Below are positions 49,387 to 58,919 of a DNA stretch of 64,000 nt, in pieces. Position 1 is the stretch's first letter. The number at the start of each line of letters is the position of its first letter. Made by a program: the position numbers and the translations under genes. Origin of the DNA: Halocafeteria seosinensis (Eukaryota); assembly GCA_001687465.1 (NCBI GenBank), contig LVLI01000094.1, forward strand, positions 1-64,000. The letters run 5' to 3'. The notes below the pieces were generated by a model. It saw nothing but the letters and a program-made list of their open reading frames with translations. It made no database searches and was not told the DNA's origin.

Positions 49387-50288
49387 TCTTTCGCTCTCTT
49401 TCCAAAACCACGTCAAGTAACGCAAACAAAAGACACACAGCAATGTACATTGTCCCTCGGAAAAAAGAGAGAAACAAACCGTATAACAGCGAGTGAAAGG
49501 GTTAACGGCCGCCGAACTCTTGAGTCTTGACCGTCTTTGTGAAGTTGGCTGTGACGAGCAATTCGCCGAGCATCCGTACTGAGTCCCTGCCAGGCTATGA
49601 CTAGCCAGGAACCCAAGTGGTACGATCGTGAAGTAATATTTATGGCCTATCGACTGAGTTTTAACCGTGGGCTACCAATTCGTCCACGCACAGTGCAGGC
49701 GGTAAAAACTGGTGTTGATAGTGTACAAACAGCGCCAACCACCCCATTCGGGTTCTTACCGAAAGTCCCATATGGTTCCAATAATGGTGAACGCCATGCA
49801 GCAATGAATAGTGTAACTCAGTCCCAGGAAACTACACCTAAGCCAGTTGATTCCGTGACTTGAAGTGCACGACCATCCCTTGTGAAGCTGGCTGCGCCTA
49901 CACACAAGTACCTCTACGGAGAACATTTTAAGAAGCGGTATTGGCAATTTGATAAGTTCCAGTGCATTAGCAGGTTTGTAATATCGTATTTAGACAGGAA
50001 ACATTGACGCATTCGCTATATTTCCTCTGCCGCAACATCCAGTGTAATAGCTGGCTACCAGTCGAAGAAAGAGAGTGCTTGGAGAGATAATTTTCTCACG
50101 AACTCTCATTGGATTAAGGTGCTAATCCTCAAAAAGCTTCAGAGGCAAATAACATTTTTTCAGAATCCGCACTAAAGAGTTAAGTAGCGACTTACAACTA
50201 CAGAAACAGAAATACCATTCTGTCAAGGTTGTGAAAATCCTACCACCAGAAAGAACTACGTCCGTGTGAGTCACCACAATCGAGCACG

Positions 50289-52886
50289 ATGGGACTTACA
50301 GATAAAGAAATTCGTCACCGTCTAGAATCAACTCAAACTCAGCTCCTAGGAAAAGACTATCCAACACTTGTCGTAGATGGTCCTAATTTGGAACACGCTC
50401 TCGCGGAAGCATACGTGAAGGAGAATGAAAACTGCTGCAACTACTTCTGCGTTGGTTGTGAGGGCGCACGTCACTGGGCACTCAACAGAATTAAAGATAT
50501 CACGCAATCGCTTACCTGTATGTGGATAGTATATGATAAAATTAGCGAAAGTCATGACCAAGGTGCCCAAACCAAACGGGTCGAACGGCAAGACCAAGAC
50601 GCAGAGAAAATGAAAGAACGCTGGAATAACCCGACTGACGTGAAAGGAGCGGGGGAATTGATGGTAGACACTATGAGGGATGCCCTCAAACAATCCAAGA
50701 AACTTGAAAACGTTGAGTATATAGTCGTTCCCTCCGAAAATGACGTATGGTGCGCTGCCTTTGTCACCACCCAACTCGCGGATGCGGTCGTGAGCAATGA
50801 CAGTGACTTCCTTATTTTTCCGGGGTGTTGCCGGGTAACCTGCAAAGAACTGCTCGACAAAACAGAACTAGAAGGTCAAAACCGAAAAGAAAGGGAACCG
50901 ATTAAGCTAAAGGCAGTATTTCAGTCGAAGATCCTCGAAGATCTCGATCTAGATAACAACCAACTGATTCTGCTTGCAGTCTCCAGTGGTACAGATCGCT
51001 GTAGTAATATTGAAGCAATGGATCGTTTCGAGGGGACATGGGAGCTCTTGCGAACTGCGTTACAAAACGCATCGTCAAGCAAACTGAAAGAGCTACTGAT
51101 AAACCTCAAGCAAGAAATACAGAGTCCCGAAGTTCCGAAAGAATTCCGCGCGCGGTTTATCGACGCGTATAGCTTCTTTTCGTTCATGATATTTCATGGA
51201 CATCACGGGCAGCGATTCCTAGAAAAGGCCGAGGACATGCAAGACAAAGCGAGACCAATCCTAAACGAGTTTGCGAGGAGAGTCAATCATCTGGTCAGTG
51301 AACAACCAGCTGAACACGGAGAACAGTCTCAAGAAGGGAAGGCCGCATCTAACAAAGTGTGCACACAGAAAATCCTTCAAGACTTGATGAGGCAATGCCC
51401 TATGCAGTATGTGGAATGGCGGGTNAGAGCAAAACCTGACAAGGACAGAAGGAACCACAACTGGACCGGAGGTCGACGTCTTTCTATAAAGCTCGACCAA
51501 GCTGTCGTTGACAGCATCCCTGACTTCTTGCAGGAAAAAGATGTCCAAAGGCTACAACTTGTACTGAACTCTAATATTCGTCACGGCAGCTTGAAGCAAC
51601 TGCTGTCTCACCCGGTCCTTATTACCAAAAAGGCTAGAATTTCCAACGAAGACTTATTAGGGGAATTCATCATGTTCGCTTGCAATTGCAAAAGGACGCG
51701 AAAATTCTATTCGTTAGCACCCATTAAGCAGTTTTCTCATCTGGATATCTGGTCGGGCTCTGTTGGGGCAGACGAGCGCTACCTCACTCTTCACTTCCGG
51801 ATGAGACCCTCAACTGTTGGAGAGAGTGTCAGTCTACGGCGGAACGCTATAAAAGAGTATATGAAAATCATATTCAGCAGTCTAGACTCCCTTCCAGCCA
51901 GCGTATTTCCGCGGGTCGAAGCCGTTGATATTGTGTCAGATGAGCGCGTTCCCGCGCCAAATCCGTTACAAGATTTGCCTGTATCGCAAAAGTCTTTCGA
52001 CCCTCCTGCAAGTCAGACACCGCTCAAAACAGTGTGGTCCAGTGAACTCAACGATATAGAGCTTAACGAGCAAGATCCGATGCATATAGCTCTCTTCCTC
52101 AGTGCATCTGCGATTCGTAGTATGATGAGTTTTCAATTGTGGATGCTGCGAGCCTGCGGCGAGATCCCTGTAAGCTTACCGGCAAATGGTTCGGCTCCGA
52201 AGGAATGGCGAGAAATGATGGAGAAATTGAAAGATGTCATTTTCCAGAGATGCATTATGACTTCCCATGACATCGATGCTATACTGGGGATGGTAGCCGC
52301 CAGTGTCAATGGAGTGCAGTGGAAAGATCGTACCCCTATCAATGATCCAGAAGTGGCCGTGGTACTAAGGCAGTGGACTAGGGCGTTCAAGAGCATTGTT
52401 GATATATTGACTCATCAAGGCGTTCTTGACACTCCACCGGCCGAATGTAACGGCGACTGCTACGTACTCACAGCCAAGCAGCGTACTCCAGAAGCTCCTA
52501 AGCTCTCTCAGATAGTGGACGGTGTCCACTTTTTCGCGGCCCACAAAGCTTCAATCCAGAAAACCTCTGAAGGAGACGGAAAAGCGTTTATCGAATGGGT
52601 CGCTTCGTATGCTAATTTGTCGCACCACCAATCTTCTGAGATGATGACCCTCAGAGCGAAGTTACGGATGGAAGTGAATAAATTTAGGAAGCATCTACAT
52701 CCTCGAAAAGTTTGTCCCGGGGAATGCACCACAGAGAGTTGCAGAGACTCTCACAGTACAAGACACAAGACTGATTCTCTTGATGCATTTTCTGAAGTGG
52801 TGACCTCCTCCACGCCTCCGTTAGCGAACAATACCGATTTTCCCACGTTAGGATCCAGGAAAACAAACGGTAGGCACAGGAAATAA
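50289..52886 (+). CDS. PIN/XPG-FEN1-like (Asteroid/FAM120-type) nuclease-domain protein, intronless
   Basis: MG start, LVVDG, WIVYD, ENDVWCA, AVVSNDSDFLIF and LAVSSGTD; possible C-terminal C3H motif; one ambiguous base at 51425. Confidence 0.78.
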   Translation: MGLTDKEIRHRLESTQTQLLGKDYPTLVVDGPNLEHALAEAYVKENENCCNYFCVGCEGARHWALNRIKDITQSLTCMWIVYDKISESHDQGAQTKRVERQDQDAEKMKERWNNPTDVKGAGELMVDTMRDALKQSKKLENVEYIVVPSENDVWCAAFVTTQLADAVVSNDSDFLIFPGCCRVTCKELLDKTELEGQNRKEREPIKLKAVFQSKILEDLDLDNNQLILLAVSSGTDRCSNIEAMDRFEGTWELLRTALQNASSSKLKELLINLKQEIQSPEVPKEFRARFIDAYSFFSFMIFHGHHGQRFLEKAEDMQDKARPILNEFARRVNHLVSEQPAEHGEQSQEGKAASNKVCTQKILQDLMRQCPMQYVEWRXRAKPDKDRRNHNWTGGRRLSIKLDQAVVDSIPDFLQEKDVQRLQLVLNSNIRHGSLKQLLSHPVLITKKARISNEDLLGEFIMFACNCKRTRKFYSLAPIKQFSHLDIWSGSVGADERYLTLHFRMRPSTVGESVSLRRNAIKEYMKIIFSSLDSLPASVFPRVEAVDIVSDERVPAPNPLQDLPVSQKSFDPPASQTPLKTVWSSELNDIELNEQDPMHIALFLSASAIRSMMSFQLWMLRACGEIPVSLPANGSAPKEWREMMEKLKDVIFQRCIMTSHDIDAILGMVAASVNGVQWKDRTPINDPEVAVVLRQWTRAFKSIVDILTHQGVLDTPPAECNGDCYVLTAKQRTPEAPKLSQIVDGVHFFAAHKASIQKTSEGDGKAFIEWVASYANLSHHQSSEMMTLRAKLRMEVNKFRKHLHPRKVCPGECTTESCRDSHSTRHKTDSLDAFSEVVTSSTPPLANNTDFPTLGSRKTNGRHRK

Positions 52887-53226
52887 ATTCAACAATTGAG
52901 TACCGACCTACTATATAGTGTACCATATACAGTATAGGTATGGTACCCCAACCCAACGGGAGAAATCTAGCCTACAAGTAGCACACAGTGGGTCACCTGT
53001 CACCACCTATATTTGTCGGCATCGCAAGCACACCGAACGGCATAGTGCGCATGCCTTCTGCCCTTATCGTCATTGCTTGTGGCCTTGGATTGGCATTCAC
53101 CGGAATCTCCTTGATACCGTAGTAGCTGACATACATAGTCTATCGAAGAGGAGTTCCGCTCGCTTTGACTGAAAAGTACCGCAACCAAAAGACACAAACT
53201 CATTCGGATGGACACTGTCCCTGATC

Positions 53227-53380
53227 CACAACTACATTTCCACTTAGCCGGTAGGCCATAAATAATACATACTACTACTGTCCCTTGAAAGAAAGAGAGA
53301 AAAACAACACTTCCCATGAAAGAGTTCAGAATATCGTTGTGAACTGTACGAACAAACGGAAGGACGAGGACGAAACAGAG
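53227..53380 (+). repeat. Degenerate dispersed repeat related to 309-470
   Basis: cacaactacatttc versus cacagctccatttc; gccggtaggccataaata...acatactacta versus gccggtgggccataaata...acatactacta; aacact...tcagaat in both. Confidence 0.55.
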
Positions 53381-53459
53381 CTGCTGGCTGTCAGAGCAGT
53401 CGAAAATGGAGGACTTGAAACTTTGAATGTATACACTGTAATAAAAAACGGAGAGGAAT

Positions 53460-53951
53460 ATGTCGGGAGCAGTGCGAAGGATGACTGTCGGGGTGATGGG
53501 CCCCGGACGAGCCACATCACAAGAAACAAGCAATGCACATGAACTAGGGAAGCTCATTGCCAGCAACGGATGGATTCTGCTCAATGGGGGGATGAATAGT
53601 GGAGTCATGGATGCGTCCAGCCAAGGAGCGAAAGCTGCAAATGGTACCGTTGTGGGGATTTCCAGTGCTTCCCATGGTGGCGACTTGTCAAGGTATGTCG
53701 ACATACCTGTGTTCACGGGCATGGGAAGCGCAAGGAACAACATAAACGCCTTGTCGAGTGACGTCGTAATTGCTTGTGGACTTGGATTGGGTACAATTTC
53801 AGAAATCGTGCTCGCTTCCAAGGCGGGCAAAAGAGTCATCGTAGTGGCACCGCACCAGGACATCAGGCTACTGCAAGAGTTTCAAAGAGGAACCATAGAC
53901 CGGGTGGATACTCCTAAGGAGGCCATCGATAGAATCAAGGGGATGGCTTAA
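53460..53951 (+). CDS. TIGR00725-type SLOG/LOG-family Rossmann-fold protein, intronless, bacterial-like
   Basis: VGVMGPG...AHELGKLIA.NGWILLNGG..GVMDASSQGAKAANG.VVGI...TGMGSARNNINALSSDVVIACG.G.GTISEI. Confidence 0.88.
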   Translation: MSGAVRRMTVGVMGPGRATSQETSNAHELGKLIASNGWILLNGGMNSGVMDASSQGAKAANGTVVGISSASHGGDLSRYVDIPVFTGMGSARNNINALSSDVVIACGLGLGTISEIVLASKAGKRVIVVAPHQDIRLLQEFQRGTIDRVDTPKEAIDRIKGMA

Positions 53952-54127
53952 TGAGTCGAAAGTCTAAAGAGTAGTATCTCCCTTTGGTACGGAATTTACT
54001 CGCACAGGACTTTGATGTCCACAATATTTATCTTTCGCGAACAATAGACAGATGATGTTGTACAGGGCCAACTATAACAGTAATTTGCGGCCATCTATAG
54101 TGTAACTGACTGAGACCAGCAGCGGCT

Positions 54128-55219
54128 TCAGTACAGAGTAGACTGTTTCATAATCGAACTGAATTCGTCGACACTTATCATCCCATCTTGATCTTCATCA
54201 AATTCGTCAATCATGGCCTGTAGTTCATCATCGCTCAGGTTTTCGCCTAATTCTTTGGCTATGCGCCGCATATTCTGCAAACCAAAGTCAACCACCTTAT
54301 CAGCTTGACTGCTAAACAATGTGAAATAGAGCATCACGTACCTTGAGACTGATCTTGCCAGATCCATCTTCGTCAAATAGCTCGAATGCCTGCAACATAA
54401 CAGAAAAAATAGCTTAAAATAGCGAGCTTAAATGGGAAAGGGCAGAGGGCAATTATCATACCCGTCTAATTTCCTCCTCGGGATCACGTTCATTATACTT
54501 TTGCGTCACTGCAGTTGCAAGTGGCACAAGGAGTAGTCAGAGCAAAATGATATCTTTCTTATTTTGCCATCGACGACGTACTTATTTCAACAAAATCGGA
54601 GTAATCTATTCTTCCTTTCTGGTCCGTATCATATTGTTGCATTAGTCTACGAGCTTCTTCCTTCTTAATGGGAAACCCCAGTGCCCGAATGGCTGTCTGC
54701 AACACGGGCAAACAACAGCACCCAAATGCCCCATGCAAACAAACATTCCCAGGAGTATGAAACATACTTTGAGCTCGTGGTAGTCTATAGTACCGCTCTT
54801 TTCGGTGTCGAATAGATCAAATGCTTCTCGCACTTCTTGCTTTTGCTCCTCCGTTAGCGTTGGTCTCGATGACTGCATAAACACACATTGAGGCACCAAA
54901 TTACACCCACACACCAATATACGCAATGAATCTATTCCAAACCAATCAATCAGCTTGCATTACTTGAACGCATATATCCAAGTAAATCGAGAGAGGGAGA
55001 GACAGAGTTCAAACATCTAAACGGCCAACCGTCACTTGCTCCTTTTGTTTGTTGCCGACACAGTTTCCATCTACAAGGCTTGTCGATAAGACTCACCTTC
55101 TTGCGCCTTCCATACCCGATTCCTCCCGTAAGAGCGGCACCGGAATCCCCTTGATGGCGTAGGAGAGCAGATCCTTGAGGGTGGGACGAGGAGGAGGCAG
55201 CAGCGGCTCCGGACGACAT
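54128..55219 (-). CDS. CETN3: Centrin (centrin-3/Cdc31-like), about six exons
   Basis: [38 protein letters not shown] ... [34 protein letters not shown]. Confidence 0.9.
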
Positions 55220-55654
55220 TGCCTTTCGGGCGTCAATTTACACAGACACACAGGTATAGAAGCAGAAAACAACTCGAGGGAAGAATAATTAGCTTCCTTC
55301 CAACACAGTGAGCAGACGATCAATAAGCCAGTAAATTGACAATAACGAGTCAAACGAAACTATTACTTGTAGAAGAAGAGGAGCATGATTTGAATTCCAC
55401 CAACGTTCTTGCCAAAATAATGGTAACCGGAATTTCCCACTCCCAGCAGCCTGGCTGCAAGGAGGAGGAGGGGAATGTTCGATTGGTGGTACTTAGTAAG
55501 CGAAAAAGCTTAGCTTTAACTTTGCTTGACGCGAGATATTACGAGAGCTGCTGGACATGTACAACGTTGTACTGTACTGTCACATGCACCTGAAAGAACG
55601 GTGATGTATAATGCGTGATCAGGTGGTGCAGCAGATGAAGGTAAACAGAATGGT

Positions 55655-56940
55655 GAAGGGTATACAACACGTATGATTATCATTCCCGGGTTACAGTATT
55701 CGTCGAGACTATACCATCAGGACATTTTGCACTACACTGTAGTAGCCTACTACTAGTAGGTAATGACGACAAGCTTAACTACGATCCTTCTTCCGCAAAT
55801 AATGAGCCTTCCCTCGCGGGGTCACAGGACGGGCTTGCTTGACCATCCCGTCGCTACCGTATACGGTGCCACTCTGTTCAAATTGCAATGAAACAGAAGT
55901 GTTGAAAGGGTTGTATACAAAGAGATAGAAGTACCCTTCCACAGGACAGTTGAAGATTTCCTCGGTATTTTGAGTGGCAAAGTAGTCCAACTTCTTCAAC
56001 ACCGTCCATGGTCCACCCTCTTCCAAGTAAGGACTACACCCCATGGAAAGTTCCAGCCCCGATTGCACTGCTGTTGTACCGCTGTTCACTGATACCAACA
56101 AGCAACTTTGGTTGAAGGAACTTCCAGCATAGTCCCACACAATCAGCCAAATGGAACTTTGCGCATCCACAGTCTCTTCATACGGACTCTGATTGCAGTA
56201 TCCAAAGCTCCCATCGTCATTATAGTAGTCGTCGTATGCTCCCAAGCTTTTGCCCCAGACACTTGTACAGGTTGCTAGGAGCATAAGGTAGTAAGTTGCC
56301 ACATGCAAGGTCTTCATTATCTGCAGAGGCACAAAATCCAATATACATGTAGAGGCACAGGTGATGATGGAATGAACCCAACGGACACAAGATCCTCATC
56401 TACCAGTATCTCATCCTCTCGTTTCAAGCCAGGGAAGAGCTCCCATATCATGTACGGTATGTTCGCACTTATCGTAACGACTTCCAACCCCCACATGGTT
56501 TGCAAACGTTCTCCTTTTCATGCTACGACTTCCCCGCCCTTAAGATTCAAGACAAGAAAAGCGAGAACGACAATGCCCATTTCTTTGGGGGAAATCACAG
56601 GGGAACAAAAAGGGTCCCGCTCCGGATCTTTCACGGGAACGGTAGCACACTGACGTTTGATGCGCGGTCTCCGAATCAATCGAAAGAAATGGGTCCTCTA
56701 AAGTTGGTAATGAGTATTCGTATGCGTCGACTCTTTCGTTTTGGGAAAGAAAGAGTTCCGTCGTGACATTTGCAAACAATCCGAATGGTTCCTACATATT
56801 GAAATCTATTTTCTTGGCTCTTTTTCTTTGGGATTCACACAATGAAGATTCGGCAATATGTTCTCCGGGAGGAGCTCTCCGCTAAGGTTAGAGAGCCAGC
56901 GGAGACCCTCCGCCGGAGAGCCCGCGAATCTGCGGTCCGC
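55655..56940. repeat. Left arm of a ~1.3-kb inverted duplication
   Basis: Its reverse complement matches 57192-58558 almost throughout. Confidence 0.95.
55775..56317 (-). CDS. Putative secreted beta-rich protein, copy A
   Basis: MKTLHVATYYLMLLATCTSVWG signal-peptide-like start; acidic/aromatic body with Cys residues; ORF intact in both arms. Confidence 0.75.
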   Translation of the reverse strand: MKTLHVATYYLMLLATCTSVWGKSLGAYDDYYNDDGSFGYCNQSPYEETVDAQSSIWLIVWDYAGSSFNQSCLLVSVNSGTTAVQSGLELSMGCSPYLEEGGPWTVLKKLDYFATQNTEEIFNCPVEGYFYLFVYNPFNTSVSLQFEQSGTVYGSDGMVKQARPVTPRGKAHYLRKKDRS

Positions 56941-57791
56941 AGCTTACACCTAGAAGTAGTGAAGATGAATATACAGCGCAATGAAATTGGACTTGGTTCC
57001 CTCCAAAAGGCTGTGAGTGAGTGACCTCCAGCACCTACACTTCAAGACCGTCCATCCCCACTTCGGGAAACTACCCAAACCGAAGTTTTCTTTCACTATA
57101 TCCTTCCATATTCTCAACCTTATCGTTCGACTTGGTTTTGGCATATTAGCGGGTGATGTTCTATAGATACTAAAAACATGCGCGGAGAGGCGCGGACCGC
57201 AGATTCGCGGGCTCTCCGGCGGAGAGTCTCCGCTGGCTCTCTAACCTTAGCGGAGAGCTCCGCGCGGCGCCCGCTGGCGCCCGGAGGAATCTTCATGGTG
57301 TGAATCCCGAAGAAAAAGAGCCAAAGAAACAGATTTCAATATGTGGGAAACCACTCGGATTGTTAACAAATGTCACGACGGAACTCTTTCTTTTCAAAAA
57401 CGAAAAAGTCGACGCATACGAATACTCATTACCAACTTTAGAGGACCCATTTCTTTCGATTGATTCGGAGACCGCGCATCAAACGTCAGTGTGCTACCGT
57501 TCCCGTGAAAGATCCGGAGCGGGACCCTTTTTGTTCCCCTGTGATTTCCCCCAAAGAAATGGGCATTGTCGTTCTCGCTTTTCTTGTCTTGAATCTTAAG
57601 GGCGGGGAAGTCGTAGCATGAAAAGGAGAACGTTTGCAAACCATGTGGGGGTTGGAAGTCGTTACGATAAGTGCGAACATACCGTACATGATATGGGAGC
57701 TCTTCCCTGGCTTGAAACGAGAGGATGAGATACTGGTAGATGAGGATCTTGTGTCCGTTGGGTTCATTCCATCATCACCTGTGCCTCTACA

Positions 57792-57860
57792 AAAAAAAAA
57801 GTTAGAGGATGTGGTCAACTTCCCGGCCGGTGGGCTATCTGTCACATTTGTGTGTGTGTG
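57792..57860 (+). mobile_element. 69-bp insertion flanked by 6-bp target-site duplication TCTACA (copy 2 of the short element)
   Basis: TCTACA at 57786-57791 and 57861-57866. The sister arm shows the empty site with a single TCTACA (tgtaga at about 56348 on +). Confidence 0.88.
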
Positions 57861-57896
57861 TCTACATGTATATTGGATTTTGTGCCTCTGCAGATA

Positions 57897-58439
57897 ATGA
57901 AGACTTTGCATGTGGCAACTTACTACCTTATGCTCCTAGCAACCTGTACAAGTGTCTGGGGCCAAGGCTTGGGAGCATACGACGACTACTATAATGACGA
58001 TGGGAGCTTTGGATACTGCGATCAGAGTCCGTTTGAAGAGACTGTGGATGCGCACAGTTCCACTTGGCTGATTGTGTGGAACGATGCTGGAAGTTCCTTC
58101 AACCAAAGTTGCTTGTTGGTATCAGTGAACAGCGGTACAACAGCAGTGCAATCGGGGCTGGAACTTTCCATGGGGTGCAGTCCATACTGGGAAGACGATG
58201 GACCATGGACGGTGTTGAAGAAGTTGGATTACTTTGCCACTCAAAATACCGAGGAAATCTTCAACTGTCCTGTGGAAGGGTATTTCTATCTCTTTGTATA
58301 CAACCCTTTCAACACTTCTGTTTCATTGCAATTTAAACAGAGTGGCACCTTATATGGTAGCGACGGGATGGTCAAGCAGGCCCGTCCTGTGACCCCGCGA
58401 GGGAAGGCTCATTATTTGCGGAAGAAGGATCGTAGTTAA
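57897..58439 (+). CDS. Putative secreted beta-rich protein, copy B
   Basis: Paralog of copy A with roughly a dozen amino-acid substitutions and no stops. Confidence 0.75.
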   Translation: MKTLHVATYYLMLLATCTSVWGQGLGAYDDYYNDDGSFGYCDQSPFEETVDAHSSTWLIVWNDAGSSFNQSCLLVSVNSGTTAVQSGLELSMGCSPYWEDDGPWTVLKKLDYFATQNTEEIFNCPVEGYFYLFVYNPFNTSVSLQFKQSGTLYGSDGMVKQARPVTPRGKAHYLRKKDRS

Positions 58440-58919
58440 GCTTGTCGTCATTACCTACTAGTAGTAGGCTACTACAGTGTAGTGCAAAATGTCCTGATGG
58501 TATAGTCTCGACGAATACTGTAACCGGGAATGATAATCATACGTGTTGTATACCCTTCGGCCATTACAATTAACTATCACGCACGCTACAGGGTCTTATA
58601 CGTGTCATATAACCTTCGGCCTTATCTATCACGCATGGACCACGACTACATCCAGCATGATACAGCCTGGGACACGTTGCTTGCACTGTACGGCCGTTCT
58701 CTCAGGTGTATGTCCCTGTATTGAAGCAGTTCACCTCATATCCCGCATCTAGCACAGAGGATCAATGGGAATCTACATGATCATGTGTATAATATTTGTT
58801 GGTACGTATTAAAGTGCCATGTTCACTGGGAGACCGAATAATCTTCCCCTTGTGTGATCATCCACCACGAATTCCCTGGGGAACCTTATTGTGTGTGTGC
58901 ATTTGGATCTGCTACCCAG

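Larger units (their letters stand above)
57192..58558. repeat. Right arm of the inverted duplication
   Basis: Mirror of 55655-56940 plus a 69-bp insertion. Confidence 0.95.

Noticed and set aside
49500..50280. Separate small gene in the spacer
   Set aside because: The 88-aa ORF has no recognisable features or support.
53000..53863. 287-aa minus-strand ORF
   Set aside because: Largely antisense to the well-supported TIGR00725 gene.
55730..55765. AGTAGT-rich hairpins resembling Polinton termini
   Set aside because: They lie inside the duplicated 3' flank rather than at an arm boundary, and no Polinton or virophage genes are present.
56303..57911. Short mirrored ORFs in the inner arms (e.g. 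57300-57599, 57634-57897)
   Set aside because: They are conserved only because the duplication is recent. They contain stops in all frames and are at most a decayed coding remnant or UTR.
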